Positions 1-16,638 are shown, numbered from the stretch's first letter. The stretch is 64,000 nt of DNA from the human T2T-CHM13v2.0 reference genome, Homo sapiens (GCF_009914755.1 NC_060926.1), one strand, 5' to 3'. A program made the numbers and translations. The notes: generated by a model not told the origin, from the sequence alone.

Positions 1-273
1 GAACAGTGCCTTGCCTGTGATTTGTACTATATAAATATTTGCTATTACTATCTGATAGCAAGAATTACATTACATTCCTGGGTCTAACCAATAGCTTGGC
101 TGGCAATGTGTGGCTTGGACCAAGCAAGATCCACCCATCAGGGCTGAGGAGGGACTCACTTGAAGGCTATGGCTATTCAGAGGAGAGTGGGCAAAATAGG
201 GGTTAACAAGGAAAAAAGGGAGGGGTGAAGAATGGATATTGACCAACAGGATCTGCCACACCCATGTTGTTTA

Positions 274-528
<255 letters not shown>

Positions 529-672
529 CTAGAACTTACCACTGCACTCCAGCCCGGGTGACAGAGTGAGACTCCACCTTAAAAAAAACAAACAAAAAAA
601 CCCTCTATCAATGTATGAGCATTATTCTCTTCGTATGTGTTCTATTTTTTTAACTTTTTTTTTTTTAGGTAA

Positions 673-1055
<383 letters not shown>

Positions 1056-1672
1056 TGATCCACCTGCCTCAGCCTCCCAAAGTACTGGGAGTACAGGCAT
1101 GAGCCACTGAGCCCAGCCTTGATACAATTCTAATAACCTACCTATAGTCTTTATTGATGTTGACAGTTGTTCCCCAGTGTCTTTTTTTCTAGTCCAGGAT
1201 CCAATTCAGGATCACGTACTGCATTGATTTCTAATTTAAATACCATTTAAAAGGAACACTGAGTTCCACAGAACCTAACTTTTGTTGCAAGATCTCTAGG
1301 TTGTTTGTAGAGTTTCATCATTACCAGTAACCCTGGGCCTTCAAATTTTTAATATATTTCAGAGTTTATCTTTTGGGCTGATCCCTAAAACAGAATTACT
1401 AAGTAAACAGATATGAACATTTTTAAGGCCTTGATGCATATTGGTAATTGCTTTCCAGAAAATTATACAAATTTGATGTCCCTACAAACCATGTATGAAT
1501 ACTCAACTTCCCATATTCTTAGAACTTCAGGATTTTATTCTTGTTTTTAATATTGGCATTTTGGTTAAGTGAAAATCAAATCTCGTTGTTTAACTGCATT
1601 TTCTTTATTTCTTTTTTTTTTTTTTTTTTTTGAGACGGAGTTTCACTCTTGTTGCTGGAGTTTCGCTCTTGA

Positions 1673-1792
<120 letters not shown>

Positions 1793-2357
1793 TAATTTTT
1801 TGTATTTTTAGTAGAGACAGGGTTTCTCCATGTTGGTCAGGCTGGTCTCAAACTCCCAGCCTCAGGTGATCTGCCTGCCTCTGCCTCCCAAATTGCTGGG
1901 ATTACAGGCGTGAGCCACCGCGCCCTGGCTTTTTTTTTTTTTTTTTTTTTTTTGAGACAGAGTCTCTGTCTCCCAGGCTGGAGTGCAGTGACATGATCAC
2001 AGTTTACTGCAGCCTTTACCTCCCAGGCCCAAGAGATCCTCCTACCTCAGCCTCCTGAGCAGCTGGAAGCACAGGCGTGTACCACCAAGCCTGGCTGATT
2101 TTTTAAATTTTTTGTAGAGATGAGGTCTCCCTCTGTTGCCCAGGCTGGTCTGGAACTCCTGGGCTCAAGCGATCCTCCCACCTTGGCCTCCCAAAGTGCT
2201 GGGATTACTTGTACTTTGGGTGCAAGTTAGCCACCATGCCTGGCTATACTTGGATTTTCTTGATTCTTTTGAGTTTTCACATTTTTTCATATTTATTAGC
2301 CATTTATTAATTTATTAATTGAGGTCATTGTGTTTTCACATTTATTTAAGGTCTGTA

Positions 2358-2392
2358 ATCACTCCTTGGCCTTTTGGCTAAGATCAAGTATA
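2358..2392 (+). pseudogene. 3'-truncated U2 snRNA retrocopy (about nt 1-35)
   Basis: ATCACTCCTTGGCCTTTTGGCTAAGATCAAGTATA vs U2 5' end ATCGCTTCTCGGCCTTTTGGCTAAGATCAAGTGTA; TATTTAAG occurs on both sides. Confidence 0.85.
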
Positions 2393-2701
2393 TTTAAGTT
2401 CGTTTTTTTTTTTCTTTTTGAGAGAGTCTCACTCTGTCGCCCAGGCTGGAGTGCAATGGGGCGATCTCGGCTTACTGGAACCTCCACCTCCTGGGTTCAA
2501 GCGATTTCTTGTGCCTCAGTGCCCAAGTAGCTAGGATTACAGACGCCTGCCACCATGCCCTGCTAATTTTTGTATTTTTAGCAGAGACTTGGTTTCACCA
2601 CTTTGGACAGGCTGGCCTTGAACTCCTGGCCTCAAGTGATCCACCTGCTTCAGTCTCCCGAAGTGCTGGGATGCCAGGCATGAGCCACTATGCCCGCCTG
2701 A

Positions 2702-3205
<504 letters not shown>

Positions 3206-3589
3206 TAAATTTTAAAGTAACTAAAACAGTAATTATTTCCCTTGTTAGATCTTCTGTTGCTTTTTTCTGAATAATGTATGCCTTTAAGGAATAATAGGAA
3301 TAATAAATGCCTTTAAGAATAACATACGCCTATTAAGGAAAATTAGAATGACGCATTTGTTATTTTTAGCTTTAGAAAATCCTCTGCTATCCAGATTGAA
3401 CATGTCTTTCATTTTCTTCTAATTTTCTGTGGTTTAATTTTATATCCTTAACCCTTTAATTCGGGTAGAATTTATTTTGGTGGATTCTGTGAGGCACGAG
3501 TCTAAATTGCTCTTTTGTAAATAGCTAGTCACTCATCCATCATGTCTTTCCAGCATCATTAATATTCTGTTTCCCTCTGTCACTGTTAA

Positions 3590-3800
3590 CTATTATTGCA
3601 GTAATGCTGCATAAGAAGCCAGTTCAAAACTCAGAAGCCTACAATCATAAGCATGTATCTTGCTCATGCATCTGTGGGCAGGCTGAGCTTTAGCTGATCT
3701 AGCTTGGGCTCTGCTGGGCTGGGTTGACTTCCAAGCTGTGAGTGGGATCCAGGTGGCTCCATGTGCCTTTCATCTCCCTTAGACCAGCAACATCAGTGGC
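3590..3800 (-). mobile_element. MLT1-type (MaLR) LTR fragment
   Basis: Resembles MLT1 LTR (GTAATGCTGCATAA...CAAAACTCAG...TTGCTCATGCATCTGTGGG...GCTGGGCTGG); recalled consensus. Confidence 0.5.
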
Positions 3801-3869
3801 GTGGGAAAATATACCTCGCCTCCATTGAAGTGATGCACAGTCACAGGGTGAACGGTATGTTTACAGTGA

Positions 3870-4352
<483 letters not shown>

Positions 4353-6664
4353 TAGGCTGAGGAAAATTGCAAAATATGTAGAGGGGTAGGTAGTCACAGA
4401 AATTGTTTTCTCTAAGAAGGATATTTGTTGAAAGTAAAGGAAATGACGTTGGGGCTTGAGGTTTGGAATAACAACTGCAGATGAGATGGGGCCTCAGCAA
4501 AACGGAACTGCCAAGCACTGGTATCAGGGACTTGGGATGGCCTGAACCATCGCAGCCCTGAGTCATATGACACAGCAGTTTTCTTCAGCCCTGCCCGTGA
4601 GGTAGGAGACTGTCAGGTTGGTTCAGGTAGGTCTGAAGGTTGGTAGGTTAAGGCTGGAGGTCAAGGGGGTCAGGGGATCAGGAAGCTAACAGGTGGTAAG
4701 TAGTTCAAGGGATTGAGCCTAAGTTCAAATATAGGTGCAAGAGGGGCTGAAGGGCTGGAAGAAAACAAACTGCCTGAGGAGCTGGAACTGGAGGTCCATG
4801 TGTACTGGGGATGGGAGGGGATCAGGGAAAAGGACATTGGAATTTAGGTTCTCAGAGGCAGAGAAGTTCCAGGTGAATCTAGGGTGTGGCCATGTGAGCA
4901 AGCTGCTGAATTATGTTGAAGGCATTGGAATTGAAGTCAGGAACTGAGGTCAAGGCAGAGTTCAGAACCACCTATGCGAAATGCACACTCTTGGGCCCCA
5001 GCCAAACCTACTAAGTTTGAATCTCTGGGGGACGGACCAGAATTCCGTATTTTTACAAGCTCCCTGAGTGGTTCCTAGGCTCCCTAACACTTGAAAACTG
5101 CTGTGCTATGATGTTGAATGAGCCATGCTTGTTGGAATTACCTGATGGCAGGAATCAGGCAGGAAGACTAAAAACAGGTGTTGAAATCCTTAGAGAGTCT
5201 GGGCTGATCAGTGTATGGGACTGATGAGGAGGGGTGGAAAGAAGTTTGTACATGAGTCAGGAAGAGCAATGGCCTTGGCCTGGACTATTGCTAGTGCATT
5301 CCTTTCCAACCTGGAGACAATGTAGGAGACTAAAGGCTTCCACTGCAGAAGGCAGGGCAGTGAGAGAGAAGGTAGGGAATAGAAGACAGGGATCATATTC
5401 AGTCCAGACAGGCTGGGAGCTCTGTGAGAAGGCAGAGGACGTTGGGGAAGGATTTGTTTCAGACCAAACCAGGGTTCTGCAGGGTACAGCAAAATGGCTC
5501 AGACAGGAGTCCATGAGAAAATGGTCCACGAGGGAAAGTGAGCTTTGGTTGGGGATAACAGATGAGGGGATGGACTGGGCTAAGCAGAGGCCAGATTATC
5601 CCAGTCACCACTTCTGCACTGGGTTCACTTTTCTAAACTGAACTAATTTCTCCACCCAGGTCTGACAAGATGTCTCTTTTCTCTAACATTTAAACAGCTC
5701 CAACCATCTCAGCTCCTTCATGATTGTTTCGTCATCATCACCATCGTCACTGTCATCATCATCATCATCACCACCAGTGATTTCCTGAATGCCAACCAAG
5801 CACCAGTCATCAAGCGTGAGCCACGGTGCAAAGATGGAGGCAGGCTCTCCATTCTAAGGGAACCTCTCAGGCCAGTAGGGAAGGCAAGATTCAGACACCA
5901 GGGACAGGCAGCCTGGGATGACAGGTGGAACAAGGAGGAGACACAAGAACCCCCACCCCAACCCAGGAACCCACATCACAGGCCAGACCTGCATGATCGC
6001 CAGGCACCCGACTCGGGTTATGAAGGTGTCTCTCCTAAGAGAGTGGCAGAGGCAAACTTTAGCCTTGGCAGTGCGCCTCAAGCTGCTCAGGGGAGAAGTC
6101 ACGGCCAAAGCCCTGGAGTGCATGGGTTCTTTAGCCATGGTTCTCCTGCAGCTTCCTCTGATATTATGAAGCGCCTGCCGCCACCAGGCTTGTTCTGACT
6201 CCCTTCCATGATCCACCCTTCTGAGTGGGGTTTGGCTTCTGTACAGCTCTCCTGTGGGCACTGAGCCCACTAGTCAGAGCAAGAGGGCTCCAGTCTCTGG
6301 ACAGTCACAGTGCTTGGTGGCAAAACATAAATTGTCATTCATTCATGCCTTGTTTCTGTCATTCACTCATTCATTCAGCAGATACTTAACTGAACACCTG
6401 CTCTGGGCCAGGTATTATTCACACCACTGGGAATACAGTGGTGCCAACACAGGTCCCTCCCTGACTTCATGGGGCTAACATTCCAGTGGGAGTGACAGAA
6501 AAGATCCACAAAATAACATCACATTGTGAAAAGTGCTATGAAAGTGAAGGACGTAAGCACAGTAATATTAGTAATAGAGTAGAGAGTGAGGAGGTGGTGA
6601 GCAAAGGCCTCATAGAGGGAGTAACATTTTTTCTTTAATTTGATGTATACTTTACATATAGTAA

Positions 6665-6934
<270 letters not shown>

Positions 6935-6937
6935 TGA

Positions 6938-7575
<638 letters not shown>

Positions 7576-8098
7576 GCATATGCCATGTAGCCAGCACTCA
7601 GCTCAAGATACAGGTTATTTCCACATGGAGGGGTTGGCGTTTGAGCTGACACCCAACAGCTAAGAAGCTGCCTCCAATTCAGAGAACTGGGGAAGGAATG
7701 TTCCAAGGGGAGAGAGCATAGGCAAAGGCCCTGAGGTGGGAATGAGCGTGGCACATTTGAGGAAGTGTGGCTGGTCCGTGGTGACAAGGGAAAGGCATCT
7801 GAGGAGGTTGAAGAGACAGGCTGGGCCCTATTGAGCAGGGGCTTTGTGGGATACGGTTAGGAGTCTGACATTTCAAAGAACGTTTGTGAGTATGTAATAT
7901 GTACCTGGCACTATGCCAGACACTGGAGAGTTGAAGATGAATAAATTAAATCCTTGGCCCTACTCTTTTTTGCTTTTATTACTATTTTTAATTGACACAC
8001 AATAATTGTACATATTTATGGGGCACAGTGTGATAGTTTGATACATGTATACAAGGCGTAATGATCAAATCAAGGTAATTAGCATATCCATCACCTCA

Positions 8099-8543
<445 letters not shown>

Positions 8544-9309
8544 TTAAGTATTCTAGGGTATAAAGTACAGGAGAGGGGTAATAATAAGGCATCAGCCTGG
8601 ATGGGATAGAAAATTCTTATGGCAGAGGAAGTGAAACTAAAGCCCACTTGCAGCAGACATTAGAAGTCTTCCAGAACAGTCTAAGGGTGGGGTTATGGCT
8701 CCCTGGGCCTGCATGACTCCCCTAAAACACTCACCCTCACTCCTTTTCCCAGTCCCGCCTTGACTCCATATGTTTCATCAAACATATCTTGGATTTATTA
8801 TCTATAATCTTGTTAATTGTCTGGCTTGAGATTTAGAATTTGGTCATCTCTGTGTTCTCTACAAGCTCATGCTTGAGCATGCATTTCCTGTTTCAGATTA
8901 CAGGACTGCATTTTAATTTCTTGATAGAATGCCTGATATAGCCTTACCTGGCACAGCCTTACCTGCAGAAAGTTGTGTGCACAATGACTTTTGATGATGC
9001 CTCCATGATCCTTCACTTTGCATGTACAGACACAGACACGGAGATGCAAACTCCTGCATCCTACAAGGGTCATCTGCAAATTGGCTTATCAGTTTTCTCA
9101 CTCCTCTGTCTCCTCTGCGGTACCAGCCCTTTATATGCCAGGCACTGAGAAGCAACCTAATTACAGGCGAGGAGACAGGGAGGGAGCAGGCCATAGGCTC
9201 TGTCCCTCAAGATGTACCCACATAGAAGAAACTCCAGGTCTGTCTGGGTTTTCTGGATTAAACCCAGATTCAGGTATTGGAATTACAATTCAGTTTGAAG
9301 ATAATTTAA

Positions 9310-9602
<293 letters not shown>

Positions 9603-9674
9603 TAGCGATCCGCAGGCCTCAGCCTCCCAAAGTGCTGGGATTAAGCGTGAGCCACCGCTCCCGGCCGAGCTTGA

Positions 9675-9845
<171 letters not shown>

Positions 9846-9901
9846 TAGTAAAGACGTGGTTTCTCCATGTTGGTCAAGCTGGTCTCCAACTCCCGACCTC
9901 A

Positions 9902-10015
<114 letters not shown>

Positions 10016-10963
10016 CTAGGGCTGGAGCCAAAACAAGCCCAGCCCTGGCTCCTGTGCCTAAATTTGTAGATTTCACCACCACCACGCCTGTCCTCACACC
10101 TGCTTCCATTCCAGGGACCTTAACAACTTCTAGAATCCATCAGGAGGGCAGCAGTGAGGGAGCTGGGAACGGTGATGTGGAAATCGCCCTGGGTTTGGGA
10201 GTGGGAATGCCCCAGCCCTAGGCCCCTCTGTGCCACCCATGGCTACATATCCTAGGTCATGTTGCTCCTCCAGAGCTTGTGTGGCCTCTTCCTATCCTTC
10301 AGGGCAGGACTTATGTCGTCCGCTGGGGAGGCCCTCCCCCATCTAAGTTGGCCCTCTCTGTGCTCCATATCATTGCCCCCTCCTTGACTTCCTTTCGCAA
10401 TTTATCACGCGCATATGTATGTGTATGCATAAACAGATATAATTTTGTTTGCTCGCTTATTTGGTTCGTCGCCTCACTAGATTCCGGACTGTGGGCTCCA
10501 GGAATGCAGACAGTGTGCCTTTGACCCTTGCATCCTCCTCAGAGCCTGGCAGAGTGCCAAGTACATAGGAGGAGCTAGAAAAGTAATTCGGCGAATGAAT
10601 AAATCCATGAATGGCAGCTGACCCCGATGATCTCTCAGGTTTCTGCCAGTTGAGAAAGTGTAGCAGTGCCCTGGACGGGGAGGCGGGCGGGGCGAACTGC
10701 GAGCTCCTGCCCCTTCCCAGGGCTCAGGCGACTGTGGACCCCGATCAGCGCAGGCTCGCGGCCCGCTGTGGCCCCGCCTCCTGGCCGCCAGCCGGGGGCG
10801 GAGCCAGGCCGCCCCCCAAGCCGGGTGGCCTTCGGGGTGCTTGCCCGGCTGGAGGTGGTGAGGGGGCGGGTCCAAAGGAGAGGTCAATGGGCGGGGCGGG
10901 GCCACAACGCCCCCACGTCCAGAGCCGGCAGGCAGGTTCCCCGCGGGGGGCCGGGGCCGGGCC

Positions 10964-10976
10964 GTTGCCTAGCAAC
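10964..10976. promoter_or_regulatory. RFX X-box
   Basis: GTTGCCTAGCAAC, near-palindromic X-box ending about 40 nt upstream of the ATG. Confidence 0.7.
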
Positions 10977-11014
10977 GCCGAGCCCCGCCCGGCCGGCGCG
11001 TGCCTGCCCCCAGC

Positions 11015-11178
11015 ATGGCTTGGCAGGGCTGGCCCGCGGCGTGGCAGTGGGTCGCCGGCTGCTGGCTCCTCCTCGTCCTTGTCCTCGTCCTACTTGTGAG
11101 CCCCCGCGGCTGCCGAGCGCGGCGGGGCCTCCGCGGTCTGCTCATGGCGCACAGCCAGCGGCTGCTCTTCCGAATCGG
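11015..11178 (+). CDS. PNKD: PNKD medium isoform (MR-1M) alternative first coding exon, hydrophobic N-terminus
   Basis: Kozak cagcATGG; MAWQGWPAAWQWVAGCWLLLVLVLVLLVSPRGCRARRGLRGLLMAHSQRLLFRIG; phase-2 donor GG|gttagt fits exon at 27878; total spliced CDS 1086 nt = 361 aa + stop. Confidence 0.93.
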
Positions 11179-12101
11179 GTTAGTGCCCGGGCTCCGAAGC
11201 GTGCGGGCTCGGGAGGCGGGCGCGCTGGGAGAGGGGACTGGGAGGCGGGGGCTGGAGCTGGGGGTGGGCGTGGCGGTTAGGAAGGGGCTTGGTCTAAGGG
11301 AAGAGGGATCGAGGAGACGGACTGGAGAAGCCACTGAGTTGGGGGGCCTGAGGGATTTGGGGGGCTGGACAATTGGGATAAGCTGGGGAAGGAGGATCGG
11401 AGAGGCGGGCCAGGGTGGCCACGGAAGGAGGGCGTGAGAGGACATCTGGAGCAAAGTGCCACAGAATGGGCTGGAGACCAGGAAGCTGGACAGGGGGATA
11501 GTGCAGGAGCCAGGGCTGGGAAGACCGTCCCTGTCCGGGGGTGAGGTCAGCAGATGCCCGGGCTCCGATGGCAAGTGCCGGAGAGAAGGAATGCCTCCCA
11601 CCGTCTGACATTTAAAACCGCCAACTCCTTTCGTATGTCCTTGTCCCACTCCCCAGCATCCAACTCCTCACCAGTCAAGTTAGGTTCTTCTGTCCCAAGC
11701 AAGAGTCCCAACCCTGTTGGATTCCAGTATGTCCCTTTCCTTCTAACCAAAGCCTGGCCCGTGTGGAAGCCCCAGGCTGTGAAATCTGACCCAACTGACT
11801 CTGCCCACTTTTCCAGTGATTTGTCTCCGTCGACCCTCCCCCGCTCACTCTGCCCTCCTGCCTCCCTCTACCCCTTCCTTCCTGGCCCCAGGGGAGGGTG
11901 GTGCCTAGCAAGCACACTGTTCAGCCCCAGGGACACTGAGAGGCAGGGAAGAAGACAGGCCTCCGAGGCCCCCTGTCCCCTTCCTACTACCAGCCTGGCC
12001 ATGGGTCAGGACCTCAAGCCCCAGTTTAGGGACAGTAATGTTGGGGATGGGAATTGTGAGAGCCCTGGCCACAGGCCAGGTTGTGGGGAGAGCCTAAGCC
12101 T

Positions 12102-12111
12102 GGGAATTTCC
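12102..12111 (+). promoter_or_regulatory. Canonical NF-kB site
   Basis: GGGAATTTCC in unique sequence about 0.9 kb into the first intron; motif match only. Confidence 0.35.
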
Positions 12112-12744
12112 CGAGCTTCCGAGCAGACATTGTGCAATTCACCCTCTCCTCCCCAGACCACCCCACACGCCCAGAAGCTTCAGGCGCAGGATTCCACTCA
12201 CAGTCTAAGAAATGCAGATATAAAGGCAGGATAACTAGAAAAACATGGTGCTGGAGGGTGGGGTGGGGATCTTGTGTTTGTGCCTTTTGGGGCATTCACA
12301 TCTCTAATATCCTAAACCTTGGTCGCAGTTTAGATAATGTGCCAAGTAAGTTACCATTGCTCTGCACGTTGCATTAAAATAATGAGATTGAAAAATATTT
12401 AGGCCAGGTGCGGTGGCTCACGCCTGTAATCCCAGCACTTTGGGAGGCTGAGGCAGGTGGCTCTCCTGAGGTCAGGAATTCGAGACCAGCCTGGCCAACA
12501 TGGTGAAACGCCATCTCTACTAAAAATACAAAAATTAGCTGGGCACGGTGGTAAGCGCCTGTAATCCCAGCTACTCAGGAGGCTGAGGCAGGAAAATTGC
12601 TTGAAGCCGGGAGAGGGAGGTTGCAGTAAGCCGAGATCGCAGCCATTGCACTCCAGCCTGGGCGACAGAGTGAGACTCCATCTCAAAAAACAAAAAAAAG
12701 AAAAAGAAAAAAAAATCCCAAACATGAAGGTATCTAAATAATTT

Positions 12745-12779
<35 letters not shown>

Positions 12780-15547
12780 CGGAGTCTCGCTCTGTCACCC
12801 AGGCTGGAATGCAATGGCATGATCTCAGCATGGTGAAACAGGGTTTCACCGTGTTGGTCAGGCTGGTTGCAAACTCCTGACCTCATGATCTGCCCACCTC
12901 AGCCTCCCAAAGTGCTGGGATTACAGGCATGAGCCACCGCACCCGGCCTTTTTTTTTTTTTTTTTTTTTTTTTTGAGACGGGCTCTTGCTCTGTTCCCTA
13001 GGCTGGAGTGGTGCAGTGGCACAATCTCAGCTCACTGCAACCTCCGCCTCCCGGGTTCAAGCAATTCTCCTGCCTCAGCCTCCTGAGTAGCTGCGACTAC
13101 AGGCACCTGCTACCATACCCAGCTAATTTTTGTATTTTCAGTAGAGATGGGGTTTCATCATGTTGGTCAGGCTGGTCTTCAACTCCTGACCTCATGATCT
13201 GCCCACCTTGGCCTCCCAAAGTGCTGGGATTACAGGTGGGAGCCATTGCGCCCAGCCCATATTTGGGATTTTTAATGAAAACATTTTCTCCCCACAAAAT
13301 TTCTGGGAATTTTACAGCCTTATCTGGGGAAAGATTTTTAAATCTACTTCTAGCTTTCAAAATTAGTAAGTTTGAGGTCATACAAATGGCCTGAGGAAGT
13401 GGAAAATAGAAGTTTCCATAAGGAACTGGAATCAGAATTCCTGAGATCAGAATGCCAGGATCACTATCTCAGAATCTTGAGGGTGTGGGTATGCCTGGAA
13501 CTTGAGACGTGGGATTTTACAAATCTCCAAAACTCTAATCATTGGAGAGCTTCTTCAAAATGCAGTATTTCTACAGGCTTTCCTGTGTCTGGATTTCAAA
13601 GTTGCTTTGGAATCCACTCCTCAAATTTGCAGAGAGAAGGGTGCGCCTGGAGTCAGAATTCCAGACCCTGCTCCTCATAGTCTGGGAAACAATCAGTCCA
13701 GTCCCCAGGGGGAGATGCTGCTGGCTGCTGGGAGGGAAAGGAGATATTTGCAGGAAACTGTAGGGGGGAAATGGGCAGGTGTTGGTGCTAGGGGTGCCTC
13801 CAGGAAGGATGGGGAGGGAGGGGGAACGGAATGGGACAGGACATGATGGGGAGGGGGAGGGCACATGCACTACCAACCTGAAGGTGTGGCTGGGAGGATC
13901 GCAAATAGAGGATTCTACTGGGGGTGGAAAGGCAATGATGGAAACACCAGGCTCACCGGGAGGAGAGCTGTTGACCATGTTATCATTAGTAATCATCATC
14001 CCTGGTGTTTGGCAATTTAATAAAAGGCTTTCCTTAACCATAACTACAATTGTCTTAGGATGAGGATAGCTGAGCACAGTGGCCACAGGTGAAACTGGTG
14101 AGACACATGCATTTGGGGCTCTGTGGGGCCTGGGAGACAGTGTGGATTGTAGCAAAGCACACAGCATGTGGGGTCGAACAAATCTGCTTTTGCATCCTAG
14201 TTTTGTTGCTTAGTAGCCATGTGACCTTGAACAAATAACTTCTCTGTGCCTTAGTTGTTTGCATCTATAAAGTGGGGTTGGGGACGCCTACCTCATAGGG
14301 CTCCTGTGAAGATCAAATGAAACCGCATCTAAAATACACAGGGCCTGGCTCAAAAAGAGTGTTCAGGAAATGTTAGCAGGTGTTCCTGATGTGGCCTGGA
14401 GTTGGGTGGGAGAGTATCTATGGCCCTGTGTCCTTCTGGAGCTTCCTTACTTAATTCCACCCCTGTCTTCCAAGCCTGTCCTACCCACCACCCAGCAGGA
14501 AACTCCACATCCCTTCATTCAGCCAGGGAACACCTAGCTGCCCTAGGTAAGGACTGTGGGGTCCCAGATATGAACAGGTTCTGATCGCTGTTCTGCAAGG
14601 AAGGGGAAAGCACAGGTGAACAGATATAAACAAGGGCCCAAACCCGGGAGGAGGCAGGCCGTGGCAAGCTCCCCAGAAGCAGCACAATATGCCTGGGGAG
14701 TCAGATCAGGAATGTGGGACTCCCCCGTGCGTGCCCCCTGCTTCATGCCTCAGTTGCCCTTTTGCCTTCTTAGGGGTAGTGGTGGGGGTTTTGCAGAACA
14801 AAGTCTTGAGGAGAGCCTCTGTCTGCAGAGGGGAGACGAATAGGACACAGGCAGGTCTGGGAGTGTCTTGCAGAGCCGAGGAGGTGGGTAGCAGCTGGCC
14901 TGTGGAGAAAGCCAGTCCTAGTGACAGCCTTCCCTCCCTGACCAAGCCCCCTCTCCATTCCTAGGCATAGAAGGTCCTTCCTGACCCTGGCAACCCCCCC
15001 TGGGACGGACCTAGCTTGCTCTACTTCTGCAAGAGGAAAGCCGTTATCTGGGGCCAATGCGTCCCACTGGCTTGATTTCAAGAGTGGCAGAAGCCTGATG
15101 GAAGGGTCCTTGAGTGAATCCTCCCAGCCCCCCGAATGAGGCCAGGTAGATGCAGTGAGCTGGGCTATCCATGTCGCAGCCTGGCAGGAGGGGAGCAGGA
15201 TCCTTTTCCTTTCTGGGGCCTGTGGGACCGTGGAGAACTGTGGCCAGAGCACCCACAGCAGCCTCATGCCTCCCTGCTGCTCTCTGCTCTCCCCACTGAC
15301 ACAGCTTCCCCCTGCTGCCTGGTTCGTCTTCAAAGTGTGGCTCTGATCAAGTGTCCCCTTCTGCAAGCCACATTGCCGACAGTATGGAGCCACGCCCCTC
15401 GCCCAGGCCTTTGCAGCCTTCCCACACCCCCTACAGACCTGCCCAGTTTCATCTCCCCCAGGCCTGAGCTGTTCCTGCACTTCTGTCTGACCTGTCCTGC
15501 CTTCCTTCCTCCCTACATCTCTACTGTCAAATTCTGTTGCATCTTCA

Positions 15548-15748
<201 letters not shown>

Positions 15749-16336
15749 TTAAGTCAGGAATGGATTACTTCTCTGCTCAAACTCCTCCAGCGAGTTCCCA
15801 CCTCTCTCATGAAGTCCAAGTCCATTCGAAGAGTGGCTTCAGGGCCCTCTGTGACCTGCCCATCCTTACCACATCTTTTAGCACCCTTCAGCCTGTTCCT
15901 CTGTCTCAGCCACAGCTGGTGGCCTCTCCACGGTGCTTCAGTCCTAGCTGAGAGGTCTGGGCTAATTCTGTTTCTGCCGGTCGTAATCCCAGGCCTCAAA
16001 TACACCAAGACAACCCTACCATCAGGCCTTTCTGTGGCTCCACATGGCTTGCTGCCTCACTTCCTTCAGGTCTCTGCTCAAATTTTGCCTTATTTGAGAG
16101 CCCTGCCCTGACCACCTCACATAAAAATAGCACCACCCTCACCCCTGCACCCTGTCCCCTCTCTGGCTTTATGTTCACCCTAGTTCACATCACCATGGGA
16201 CACACTAAATGTTGATTGTTTTTCTCCCCCAACCAGAATATGGCTACACAGGGGGAGAAACTTTGTTCAAGACTGTATCCCAGATTCCAGAACAGTGCCT
16301 GGCACCTAGGTGGCCCTTACTAAATGCCTCTGAATG

Positions 16337-16450
16337 ATCCTTTTGTAATTCCTAAGTATGACTGGGTTTTCACACACATAGGTAAGATGCACCTCCCTCA
16401 AACCTTGTGATGATGTCAGCACGGTATCCGTCTGATGTGAAAGAAAAAAA
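16337..16450 (+). pseudogene. U13 snoRNA (SNORD13-like) retrocopy
   Basis: ATCCTTTTGTAATTC...CCCTCAAACCTTGTGATGATGTCAGCACGGTATCCGTCTGA aligns with U13; A-rich tail; degenerate TSD ending TCTGAATG; inserted in an L2 3' tail. Confidence 0.85.
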
Positions 16451-16638
16451 GTTTCTGAATGAATGCATGCGTGCATGAATAAATGAATGAAAAGCTTGGC
16501 TCAGGTGCCCTTTTCTCCATGAAGCCTGCCCGGCCTCCTCAGTCAAAATGAACCTCTGTCTCCAGACCGCCCCCAGCACTGTCTTCCCTCTTCGAGCTTC
16601 CCGTGCGCATTCTTGCTTGTACTGGAGTTAGGTGTTCA

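Larger units (their letters stand above)
10660..11300 (+). promoter_or_regulatory. PNKD: CpG island / internal promoter of the PNKD medium isoform
   Basis: Sharp rise in GC and CpG density, several GGGGCGGG GC boxes (about 10793-10900), immediately upstream of and spanning the coding first exon. Confidence 0.9.

Noticed and set aside
5731-5776. (CAT)n tract as a coding poly-His/Met repeat
   Set aside because: Simple repeat next to a degraded L2/MIR-like segment; no exon structure
10477-12234. Long overlapping ORFs (142-226 aa) on both strands
   Set aside because: Stop-codon depletion in the CpG island and GC-rich flank; only 11015-11178 has a Kozak start and a phase-compatible donor
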